DNA of 64,000 nt from a virus (lineage: Duplodnaviria > Caudoviricetes), in the IMG/VR virus record IMGVR_UViG_3300020441_000003, positions 25,546 through 89,545 of that record; one strand, given 5' to 3'. The notes below the pieces were generated by a model. It was not told the origin of the DNA. It ran no database searches and saw only the letters and a list, made by a program, of their open reading frames with translations. Below are positions 17,764 to 28,600 of the stretch, piece after piece (position 1 is the stretch's first letter; the number at the start of each line of letters is the position of its first letter). The translations under genes were made by a program, and so were the position numbers.

Positions 17764-18095
17764 TATCGGGTTACTCCTGGTGTGACTATTGCTTGTCCTT
17801 CGACAACTCTTGTTTTATCTCCTGCACCGCTTGTAATATTTAGATCATAAACATACCTGCCAGCATCTAGAGCTGCTGTGACTGAATCTGTCAACTGCAT
17901 AACTACTTGACCATTTGCACCATTATGAGATGTTGAAAATGTTGCAGATGCGTTTGTAGAACCGTAAGTCTTTCTCATTTGAGCGGCTATCGTATAACCT
18001 GTTAAATCTAATGCATTACCTAATGCATTTTGAACATCAACAGTCAATGAGAAATCACTTCCTTGGTCTATGAATATATTACTTATGATTGCCAT
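17763..18095 (-). CDS. Conserved virion structural protein (BppU-N-like)
   Basis: NIFIDQGSDF...DLTGYTIAAQMRK...GRYVYDL...RVVEGQAIVTPGVTR. Confidence 0.72.
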   Translation of the reverse strand: MAIISNIFIDQGSDFSLTVDVQNALGNALDLTGYTIAAQMRKTYGSTNASATFSTSHNGANGQVVMQLTDSVTAALDAGRYVYDLNITSGAGDKTRVVEGQAIVTPGVTR

Positions 18096-18100
18096 ATAAC

Positions 18101-18108
18101 TATTTATA
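18101..18108 (-). promoter_or_regulatory. T4-type late promoter TATAAATA
   Basis: Exact consensus just upstream of ATG 18095. Confidence 0.8.
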
Positions 18109-18112
18109 TATT

Positions 18113-18886
18113 TTAATCGCTAAATTGTGCAGTAGGTACCGATTGATGTATTTTTTCTACTGTCGAACTATCTTTTTTCACAAATACTTGACTTACTTTC
18201 GATACACCTTGTGCTTGTTTCTTAAATACACCTTTAACTTTTGCTACTTGTTGTATAGGTCTAGTTGTAATATATGGTTGTTGATATATAAACGGACTTC
18301 TATACCCATATGGTAATGTATATGGTTGTTGAGTATTAGCAGATGTTTGTGCGTTTCTTATAAAAGGACTTTGTGCATTCGAAGGATTCCTATAAGTTGA
18401 CGGCGATCTATGTTGATACTGTATAGGACTTCTATGATTATAAAAAGTCGGTGATCTATGTTGATAGATTACTGGTTGTCTAGAATCTCTGATATTAGGT
18501 TCTTGTTGGTCTCTTATATTTGGTTCTTGTGCATTTCTAATATGTGGATTTTGTCTTTCAGCAGGTTGTCTTCCGATATATGGACTTTGTGCATTTTTAA
18601 TTACAGGTTCTTGATACGCAACAGGATTTCTGTAGAATGCAGGTTGTTGTTGAGCTCTCTCGTTAGGTTGTTGAGCATCTGCGATATACGGATATGGTTG
18701 TTGTTGACTTCTAATAAAAGGATTTGCTTTATTTCTAATAAAAGGATTCTGCACACTGTAAGTTGACGGTGATCTATGTTGATACGAAGATGGTTGTCTT
18801 GCATTTCTGATATGTGGATTTTGCACATCATAAGATGCAGGTTGTCTTGCAATTATCGGAGTTGTAAACTGATATGCTACGCCCAT
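18113..18886 (-). CDS. Octapeptide-repeat fibre protein with C-terminal docking domain
   Basis: QEPNIR/QNPFIR/QHRSP repeats; C-terminal KVKGVFKK..VSKVSQVFVKK. Confidence 0.82.
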   Translation of the reverse strand: MGVAYQFTTPIIARQPASYDVQNPHIRNARQPSSYQHRSPSTYSVQNPFIRNKANPFIRSQQQPYPYIADAQQPNERAQQQPAFYRNPVAYQEPVIKNAQSPYIGRQPAERQNPHIRNAQEPNIRDQQEPNIRDSRQPVIYQHRSPTFYNHRSPIQYQHRSPSTYRNPSNAQSPFIRNAQTSANTQQPYTLPYGYRSPFIYQQPYITTRPIQQVAKVKGVFKKQAQGVSKVSQVFVKKDSSTVEKIHQSVPTAQFSD

Positions 18887-18889
18887 TGC

Positions 18890-20467
18890 TTATTCTCCCT
18901 CTTCCTCGTCATCATTATTAGATTCAGCACTGGCACCAACTGCAAAAACAATTAGTAAATCACATTTATGTTCTACATTTGTGTCTAAATCTTTTATCAT
19001 AAATTCTAAAATAGTTGATGAACCCCTATTATCAGCTGCGGAACCCTCACTTCCGTTAGTATCAACAGTAGTGCTATAACCTATTTCAAGTCCGTGGGTG
19101 CCTAGATTTTGATATGAAGTTGTTATTCCAGTCACACCAGTCGGAACTCCTAAAGCATGTTTTCTAGTAGTGGTCTCATCTGGATTACCATCATTGGTAG
19201 TTACCGAAGTCACACCAGTGGTTGTTCGTGGCCATTGCTCTGGTGTGCCTAAGCATCCCATATCACTTGCTAGTTCAGCATAATTAGATGCATCTGGAGT
19301 ATATCCCTTACTGGCAAGTTGACCATTCCATTGTGAGACATTTAAACTGTAAGGAGATGCTGTCGGGTTTGCATAATTAACTTTTACTTGAGCTCTTGAA
19401 GCTCCTATATTTGTAAGTTTAAATATTTGAGAAAAAGAAGAAGTTCCTATATCACTGGTTGTATAACTAAATGAACTAGATGCTGATGATGACATATTAC
19501 CTATTCTAGAATGATGTGGTGTCGTATTTGATAAAGTATCAACTGAACTAGCCTCTCTTACAAGAATTTCAACATCATTAGTATTTGTATATTGAACTTT
19601 AAATTCAAATCCAGCACCTGCTACGGCAGTTGAACCAGAGGCACTTGTATCTAAATCAAATCCACCATCAATACCAATAATACTTGAAGCTCCTTGTTGT
19701 CTTATTGAATTGCCAGTGTTCGTATCATTTGGTATACCAGCACCTGTGCCAAATCCTGTTATAAGTTCTGATGCTCTTGCAATATATTCAACTTGACCTA
19801 CTGTTAAAAATCCTGATGCAGGTTGTTGATGACTGTAAGTTGTTTGATATGAACCTATTGACGGACTTCTAAAGACATATGTAAATGGTGTTTGTGCGTT
19901 TCTTATAAACGGATTTTGTGCATTTGCAATCGATGGTGATCTATGACTATATGTGCTTGGACTTTGATGCTGATAGATAACTGGATTTCGACCTGTCGCC
20001 TGATATGAAGACGGACTTCTATGTTGATATATTATAGGGTGTCTGTATGCAACTGGACTTCGATAAGTTCCTGGTGATCTATGTTGATATGTTGAAGGCT
20101 GTCTTGCTTGATAACTTACCTGATAAATCGATGGTGATCTATGTGAATATTCAAATGGACTTCTATGGTTATAAGTCAACGGACTTCTATGTTGATATGT
20201 AAACGGAATCTGTTGCGCTCTAATATTAGGTTCTTGTTGTGACCTTATATTAGGTTCTTGTTGGTTTCTAATAAAAGGATTCTGTGTTGCTACAGGATTC
20301 TGATATGTTGACGGTGATCTATGAGCGTAAGTAGAAGGAACCTGATAGATTGCAGGAGTTCTTGCATCTCTCTGAGCAATTACTGGTTCTTGTGCGTTCT
20401 TTGATGCCCTAGCTATATAAGGTTGTTGAAAGGCCGCTGGGTGTTTGATAAAAATATCATCTGACAT
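18890..20467 (-). CDS. Octapeptide-repeat fibre protein with C-terminal globular (putative receptor-binding) domain
   Basis: N-terminal ~215 aa of QHRSP/QEPNIR repeats, then ~300 aa Ser/Thr/Gly-rich non-repetitive domain. Confidence 0.8.
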   Translation of the reverse strand: MSDDIFIKHPAAFQQPYIARASKNAQEPVIAQRDARTPAIYQVPSTYAHRSPSTYQNPVATQNPFIRNQQEPNIRSQQEPNIRAQQIPFTYQHRSPLTYNHRSPFEYSHRSPSIYQVSYQARQPSTYQHRSPGTYRSPVAYRHPIIYQHRSPSSYQATGRNPVIYQHQSPSTYSHRSPSIANAQNPFIRNAQTPFTYVFRSPSIGSYQTTYSHQQPASGFLTVGQVEYIARASELITGFGTGAGIPNDTNTGNSIRQQGASSIIGIDGGFDLDTSASGSTAVAGAGFEFKVQYTNTNDVEILVREASSVDTLSNTTPHHSRIGNMSSSASSSFSYTTSDIGTSSFSQIFKLTNIGASRAQVKVNYANPTASPYSLNVSQWNGQLASKGYTPDASNYAELASDMGCLGTPEQWPRTTTGVTSVTTNDGNPDETTTRKHALGVPTGVTGITTSYQNLGTHGLEIGYSTTVDTNGSEGSAADNRGSSTILEFMIKDLDTNVEHKCDLLIVFAVGASAESNNDDEEEGE

Positions 20468-20471
20468 ATCA

Positions 20472-22388
20472 TTATATTAAGAAGAATAAATGACCAACAT
20501 CTTTTCCTGAGCCACTTGGTAATCCGCCTGAGAGATCACTATCAGTAATTACACTATAATCAAGTTCGACATTATCACTATTAATCTTTACTCCGTTTTG
20601 TGTATTAACACTCAATGTTGTTCTGCCGTCTAGAGTTGTATCATCGCCTCCATCGGGATTGTCAACATATGCTTTAGCAAGTCCATTACCTGCAACGATA
20701 ACATCATTTACTCTATCGTCTGTAAAGTATTTATTAGTTCCTTCAGAAGTAGAATCAGTGGTTGTAGAGTTGTTAGCAACTTGCAAATTACCAGAACCAT
20801 CAAATGCTAAAATTTGTCCTGCACTAGGACTTCCTAATGAACCTACATCTGATAGTGCGGCTATACTAGCAGCTGCTATTCTGGCATCTGCTCTTGCATT
20901 TGTAAAGTAGAGATTACTTGAACCCTCTGTTATTGAATCTGTATTTGATATTGCAAAGTCTACTGTGCCATCACCATCATTATATGTGACTGTAATACCT
21001 GTTTCTGTATTACCAGTAAACATACCACCAACGGCATCTTGAGCTCTTTCATTTGTAAAATATAGATTAGATGAACCCTCTGATAAACTATCTGTGTTTG
21101 GCAATACTGCACTTACTCTTGCATCTGCTCTTGCGTTTGTAAAGTAGAGATTTGTATTTTCTGTTAAATTTGCAGTTGTATGATTTGATATACTTGAAAC
21201 TGTTCCTGTTAAGGCGCCTGTTGCAACATCTAATACTGTTGTTGAACCATCCGCAGGAGATTTTATAGTTGATAATCTTACACTTGCATCTGTTCCGTTT
21301 GTGCCACTATCTAATATCGATTGACCACCACTTGATAAAACATCACCAGTTAAATTACCTGTTGCATTACCAACTAGATTACCAGTGAAAGTTGTTGAGT
21401 GAACATTTGACCATTTAAGTGTTGAAAGACCTAAAGTGTATGCATTGTTTGTATCTGGTCTTAGATTAGATGCGGCTTTACCTGTGAATGTAATTGTATC
21501 TGATGCGTTATCACCTAATGTTGTATTACCATTTACATTTAAGTTTGCTGTTAATGTAGTATTACCTGTGACTGCTAAATCGCCACCTATTGATGCATCA
21601 TCGCTAACTGCTAAATCATCTGTTGATACTAAATGTTCTGCTTGAACTTGTCCTGAGAATGTTCCGTTTACTGCACTTGTTAATGAACCACTTGATAGTG
21701 ATGCAACACTATCTGATATGATTGGTGCCTGAAACTTTTTACCTGCAACTGTAGTTATGATATCATCTTCTGCAAAAGTTTTACCTGCAAGTTGTAATGT
21801 AAATCCTGATTCTAATGTTGTGGTTGCAGACGAGTTATCACCGTTTAAGATAACACCATTTGCATTTATATTTTGTATTGTATTCTCAGCAGTTTTCTGG
21901 AAGAAAGATGATACATCACCTGTGATATTTGTTCCTATGAATGCACCTGTGAAAGAATAGATTGTTAGTTGATCACCAGCCGCCATCTGTTTTGATTGAC
22001 CAGATGCATAGTCACCAATTAGTGTAATACCTGTATGTGAAGAACCTGACGGTAATGCGACCTGATAGTCGACATTCTCTCTTAAATGTTCTTCATTTTT
22101 AAATACTTGAACTTTCTCGTCTTTGTAGATAAGTGTATTATTAAATGCATCAGCACCACTAAAACTTGCATCACCAGCTGATACACCATTTTGACCTACT
22201 GCAAATACAAACTCTTGAAAGAAGAATTGTTTATCTTCTAATACATTAATTGCATCTACTAGTGTATCATTATTACCAGCTTTTAATGCATCACGAAGAC
22301 CAGATACATCACCTACATCGAATGCAAGTTCGTTATAGGTCTTTCTAAAATCTTCTATTGTGCTGAAGTTGTCTACTGTTTTAGCCAT
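20472..22388 (-). CDS. Baseplate-proximal tail fibre protein
   Basis: N-terminal STIEDFRKTYNEL baseplate-binding-like motif; four TxxLxEG.NLYFT..R repeats (approx. 20710-21185); C-terminal PSGSGKDVGHLFFLI. Confidence 0.75.
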   Translation of the reverse strand: MAKTVDNFSTIEDFRKTYNELAFDVGDVSGLRDALKAGNNDTLVDAINVLEDKQFFFQEFVFAVGQNGVSAGDASFSGADAFNNTLIYKDEKVQVFKNEEHLRENVDYQVALPSGSSHTGITLIGDYASGQSKQMAAGDQLTIYSFTGAFIGTNITGDVSSFFQKTAENTIQNINANGVILNGDNSSATTTLESGFTLQLAGKTFAEDDIITTVAGKKFQAPIISDSVASLSSGSLTSAVNGTFSGQVQAEHLVSTDDLAVSDDASIGGDLAVTGNTTLTANLNVNGNTTLGDNASDTITFTGKAASNLRPDTNNAYTLGLSTLKWSNVHSTTFTGNLVGNATGNLTGDVLSSGGQSILDSGTNGTDASVRLSTIKSPADGSTTVLDVATGALTGTVSSISNHTTANLTENTNLYFTNARADARVSAVLPNTDSLSEGSSNLYFTNERAQDAVGGMFTGNTETGITVTYNDGDGTVDFAISNTDSITEGSSNLYFTNARADARIAAASIAALSDVGSLGSPSAGQILAFDGSGNLQVANNSTTTDSTSEGTNKYFTDDRVNDVIVAGNGLAKAYVDNPDGGDDTTLDGRTTLSVNTQNGVKINSDNVELDYSVITDSDLSGGLPSGSGKDVGHLFFLI

Positions 22389-22611
22389 GTAATTTCTCTA
22401 TAATATCTTTCAATAAATCTTTTATTTCTGTTACCTCTTGTTTAAGAGTATTTATTTCAGAACGCTGAGCTTTCATAACTTCTCTGCGTTTCATCACTAA
22501 TCTATAATGTTCAGTATTAGTATTTATTATAGCACTTGAAGTTTCATCTCTTATCAAGTCTATATGTCCTTCTACTTTACTATACTTACTCATTATGCTA
22601 ATGCCATACAT
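22381..22611 (-). CDS. Conserved small coiled-coil protein
   Basis: KVEGH.DL.RD..S.AIINT...EINTLKQEV; usual neighbour of the DUF4815 gene. Start probably MSKY. Confidence 0.65.
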   Translation of the reverse strand: MYGISIMSKYSKVEGHIDLIRDETSSAIINTNTEHYRLVMKRREVMKAQRSEINTLKQEVTEIKDLLKDIIEKLHG

Positions 22612-25600
22612 CTAAGTGCTGATACTAATGGCACGATAGATGTATTCTGTGCTTGTCCTACTATCTTAATCTGGAATGCTGTGAACTCTGCAAGACCATC
22701 TGCTGTATATTCATATTCTTTAAAGTTTCTAGCATCTTGTTCAAGTGCGATATCTGGTGAACCATCTGTGTTAAAGAATTCAAATCCTAAATCATCGATA
22801 GGTGTTGTTTCATCGTTCTTCAATATCTTGAACATGAATTTTAAATCTGTGTCTGGCGGTCTAAAGTTATCTGCAATAACTTTTATTGATGATGCAGGAT
22901 TTTTCAATGCAACTTTTCTTGTTATATAAACAAACTCATTATTATCACCGTCTGGTTCTGTAGATGGTGTGTAAGCTCTTCCTGTTGATACATCGCCTGA
23001 TACATCAATATCATTAATTCTATTCATGATACCTAATGCACCTATTGTGCCTGTATCTATGATTGGTGATATATTTGGATTTGCAGTTATTAATTGCAAT
23101 CTACATTCTAATGATTTTGTTGTAGGTCCACCTGAAACTTCATTGACTTCATTAACAGATGATGCAATAACACTTGGTCTTTCAAAGAAGTTATTATCAT
23201 TTAATGTTATAAAGTCATTTGTTGATCTCATGAGATATGCAGTGTCTAAACTTGATGATTCTGGAGAATTCATACCTGTTCTTCTTACACTCGGTATTAA
23301 ATCACAATCTTTAAATGTTAATGATGGTATCATTGTATGTAATACATCGTAATATAAATTATTTGTCACAAATACACTGCTACCACCACCTATTGTAGAT
23401 TGTATAGCGTTAGTATATGATAAATGGAAACTTGATAAATCAGGTGTCACGCAGAATGAATCTATATCGTAATGGTTTATACTATTGAATACTTGATTCA
23501 ATGCTGATACAGGTAAACCACCTAGTGTATCACCTACACTTGCAATTGTCAATGAGACTGCTGTGCCTGAACCATTTACATCTGCAACTGTTATTGTTTC
23601 GTTAGCTGCATATCCTTGACCTGGATTACTAATAGTTGCACTTGTAGCATTACCAGATGCATCTGTTGTTATTGTTTGTATTACACAACCACCATTTGGA
23701 TTACCACTTGAATTTGAATGTGTTTGAGTTTTAGCACTTACATTAAATGTTGTGCTGTTTGAACCTAATGCAGTAGAAGGAACACTAACTGTTAATACAC
23801 CATTAGTTTTATCACCTGCTACTCCTGATATTACAACATTTGAATTTGTTGAATAATTACCGTGTGAGTATGAATAGAATCTAGCAAATGATTGATTACT
23901 GTATACTTCTACACTGTTCTCTTTTATTAGATTTGCAGGTAAATGTTCGTTTTCAAATATGACATTTCCTGCAACATTTGTTGTAAACTTGGCTATCTTC
24001 ATATGGAACTTTAAGTCGTCCATTTGTTCTGCACTCCAAGTAGATGCGTTTTGTGAAGTAAATAATGAACCTGCGTATGGTTGTCCTGATATTACTTGAC
24101 CTGTTATTAAGTCTACTTCTCCCATTCTTGAAATGAAACACTCGTAATTGTTTGAATTTGAGTAAACAACAAAACACATTTCTTTGCCTTCTTCAAGATA
24201 TACAGGTGATTCAAAACTAAATGTAGTTGCAACTGAACCATCTTCTGATATGTTTACATCTCCTGGATTCTTTGTGACTATTGAGAATGGTAATGTCACT
24301 TTACCAGGATATCCGTTTACTACATCTCTAATTTCTACTGAAACTGGTAATGATGCATCTTTTGATTTAAAGAATAGATCAATAGAAGTCAACATCATAC
24401 CGCCATCTGCTTCTACTAAGAAAGTTTCTGCTAATGGGTCCATCCATCCTTCGTTTGTTCTCTCTGCTCTAAACACTCTTTCATCATCTGGCGCCACAAA
24501 TCTATCGAATGGTGGAACTGGAGGTTGAACAGGCAACGGCACAGGCGTTGGTGCAGGTGTCGGTGCTGGCGTAGGCGCTGGTGTCGGCGCTGGAGGCGGA
24601 GGCGGAGGTGGATTAGGTGTCAACGCCGGAGTTGGAGGCGGAGGCGGTGGCGGAGGAGGTGGCGGTGGTGCTGGAGGCGGTGGAGGTGGAGTTGGTGGTA
24701 ATGAACCATCACTCTCAATATTTAATCTTTCACCTCTTCTCATTATCTGCCTTTCGCCAGACAATCTCTCCATAATTACACGGCCATTTCTTGTAGATAC
24801 TATCTCTGTTTGAGATGTATTTAATAATCCTTGTGCCTGATAATTAGAACTTGCTCTTGAATCAGGATTGTTTAAATTAGTTGCACTAGATGTGACTAAT
24901 ACTTGTCTTTGACCTGTAGGGAATCTCTGATTATCGTCATTTGGTATGTTAAAATGACATATAACTCTTCCGTTACCATCTGTTTTTACACCAGATGTCA
25001 CTGTCGTGCCTGAGTCTTGTGAATAGTTTGCATTGTCAGGTCTTACAAATTGGTCTACTCTAATACCATCAAAGTATATAAAGTGATTTGTGTTTGGTTT
25101 TAAATTTGTTGCATCAATCTTAATCTCTCTTGATCTGATGAAAGGTATAACTGATACACTAACAACTCTGTCATTTCTTGTTTCTACAAAGTCTTCAACT
25201 ACTGATGTTCTTACACCTGTTCTTGATTGTATCTCAGGCGTATCTGTAATTTCTCTAGTTATTGTTGTGCCTTGTGTCCATTCACCGCCTTGAGCTGGGT
25301 CGCCAGACCAAGAACCTGGTACTGCAGCTACTGATTCTGTCTCTACGACTTGTGGTTCACCGACCCATGTTGTTTGCCATTCATTCCAGACTGTTCCTAG
25401 AGAGTTTTCGTTTTCTGCTAATACTGCATCAAAGTTTCCTTCTCTGTTAATCCTGACATCAGGAAGTTGTTCGTGGTCATTCCATATATCTGTTTCTGGT
25501 GTAAGTTTAACATTACCAATAAATGCAAAGACATGATATGGGTTTACATTGATATGTCTTGATGCTTTATTTTGATTTACATAAGATATTTCTGAAAATG

Positions 25601-28600
25601 GTAATGTAATAAGATCACCAGTCTTTTGATAACCTGATGATTGTGCAGTGTTTAATGAAATATCAAAGAATTGTGTATAATTTTTAGGTCTTAAATGACC
25701 TAATTTTGTATCTATTGCAACATTGTAATCTGGATGTGTGACATCTCCTACTTTGTGACCTCTAAAATTATCTACTAAAAATCCTGATTTGAATCTATCT
25801 AAACCATCTGCATCTAAAACTTGTAATGTTTGTGTGTCTTTTTCTAATAAAGATAATGCTGTGACTCTTTCTAAGTTTGTGACTCTTTGATTAATTTTAC
25901 CAATATCTGACATGGTAAATCTTCTATAATCTCTTGACCTTGAACGAATCTCATTTGCATTTTTAGTAAATGGTGGCACAAACAATTCGAACATTTCAAT
26001 CGCATCATCTATGGCGGCTGGTTTTCTAGGCGTAATCGAAGGAACACCTTGTGCTAATTGAAAACTTCCACTTTTGTGTAAGAAAATCTTATCTATTCTA
26101 GGCACATAAAAAGATATATTACCTTTTGTCATAGAAGTTGGTAATGGACATCTAGAGAACGATGCTCTAGTTGTTGTAATACTTGGAGATGATAACGATG
26201 CCTCAAAACTTCTTGACTCATATGCAAATGGTGATACTAAATGACCTGCACTTGAATGATCTGATAAGTTTATTGTATTCTGTATATCAAAGTCGGTACT
26301 AGATTGACCAAATGTAGAACTTCCAAATATTTGACCAACAGATGGTCTATAGTCTACTGTATCTGCTAATTCAAATGTTCCGTCTGGTTCAAAACCACCT
26401 GCATCTACTTTATTTGGCGAGAATATTGGTATTTCATCATAATCAACACCAGAATAAGAAGATACATCATAATAATCACCAGAACCACCAACAAAGTAAT
26501 CAAACAATATTGTTATCGGGTTATTAGGTGTTGGTTCACCTGTCTTTAATATTAATTTACCAAGATCGTAATAACCATCTCTTTGACCGTTATCTAAGAA
26601 ATATCTATTTTTAATATCTGGTGAACTTGTGCCAATAGATGTTAGTGTTGCAACTGCACCTGATGTTTCGTCTACTACAGTTTCGCCTGCTGTAAATTTA
26701 GCATTACCAAGATAGTAGAAAAATGCAGTAGTATCATCTACAACTGTATCAATAAGTTTTGCACGAACACCTGTTGTTTGTCCTTTTACAATATTACCTG
26801 CACCAAATGTTCCTGACGATACATTAAATACTGCGTTTGGTGGTGTTGCGACTTCTACACTTTCTGAACTATCTGTTGTTGTAGTTCCTGGAACTGCTTC
26901 GAATATACCTCTAATTTTAAATATATCTGATACACCTAAACTGATTTCTTTGTGGTCATATGCAGTTCCATAAAAGTTTGTTTGTGCATCACTCTTCATT
27001 ACTCTTAATGCACGATACTCTCTTAAATCTTTACTCTTTGCAGTTGGGCTATTTACACTTACTGTATATGATGCTCTTACAATAGCATTTTCATCAGCAG
27101 ATGTTCCTATTGTGACTGCTCTGTTATTACCTGAGGCAGCTGCAAATGTCACATCGTCAGCATGAAATACTGCACCATCGATTCTCCCACTTGATGGACT
27201 TGCAGTTGCATTCATAATTGCAAATTGATAATTATCGTTATTAACTGGTTCAAAACTTTCGTTTGATTGTTTTGTTAATGTAATGGTACCACTTGCACTA
27301 ACTTGAAATTCTTTTTGTATTTTGACTGTAGTTTCTGTGCCTGTATGTGTTTTGACATAATCTCTTGGCCATGCAAAGATAGATGCTGACTGATCTTGAT
27401 TATAAAGTTTTGCTCTCTTTCTAATAAGACCTGCACCTGGATTTGCAATTACACCATTTGAACCAGGTGATGCAACTGTTTGTGCATTTGAATTATCTGT
27501 GACTGTATTAATTACTTGTTCAGCACCATTACCATCTACAATTATATCGCCTGGTCTTAATTCGTTTAAGAATGCTGTTCCTGTTCCTGTTAATGCACCA
27601 CTTGATGACAATACTGTTGCACCCGATATAATTTTAACACTATCTGTTGGTATAGTTGCAGTGAAGTTTTTGTCTGCACTTGAAGCAGTTGATGGTTCTT
27701 GACCAACACCTCTTGCATCTTCTATATTATAAGTTCTGATAGCAGTTGGATTTACTGTTGTGCTACTATAATCACCAACACCTTTTACTTCTAATGCATC
27801 TGCTGTAGTAAATGTGCCGACTACATCATGCAACATTACAAAGTTATTTGAATGGTCTGAATATGCAACTATACCTGTTGCACCTGAACCACCAGCACTT
27901 GTGCCAGTATCTACAATACCTGTGACTTTATCACCTGGTTTAAATTCGTTTGCATCACCAATTGTAATACTAATTTTTGTAAACATCTTGATATCAAATA
28001 GATATAGATTGCTTAATGTAGATGATTGTTCATCTATGCATCTTACTCTTGCAAAACCGATATGTGTGTTAGGTATTGTATTTCTTGTTGATGCATCTGA
28101 TTGATCAATAACAGTATCTAAAAGTTTGATAGGTTTATATGATGTCATTGTTGTAGAATCACCAAACTCTGGAAGACCATGCACATTTTGTAATCTTAAT
28201 TTATTACCTAATCTCGCAGGTGTATTTGCGTTTGATAATGATTCTGTTGTTCTTGCTTTATTGATGTTTAGATTTGTTGTGCCGTCTTTTGTGACATCAA
28301 AACCTTTGACATATGCTTTACCTGGTGATATTTGCATGACGACTTTACTTTCGTCACCACCTTGGAATGATTCGTAAAAACCTCTATTGAAACCATCTAT
28401 TAAATGTTCTCTGAACGAACTTGTAAATTGTCTTACTACAAAGTCACCGTTTGCATCAAAGGTTCTTCTTGCTAATGCTTGTTCTATGTGACCATATATT
28501 GGTCTATTGATTTCTAATTCTATAACACCTGCATTTACTCTTCCAAGTTCTACAAAGTTTGTATCTGTTGTGTCTGTTAAACTAAATTTAGAAAGTGTTA

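Noticed and set aside
8847-20467. Diversity-generating retroelement (TR/VR) among the repeat genes
   Set aside because: No reverse transcriptase in the window, and no repeat pair seen differing only at adenines.
24511-24698. Assembly artefact or foreign insertion sequence
   Set aside because: Frame is preserved, Pro codons are mixed, and there are no terminal repeats; it reads as a genuine low-complexity linker.
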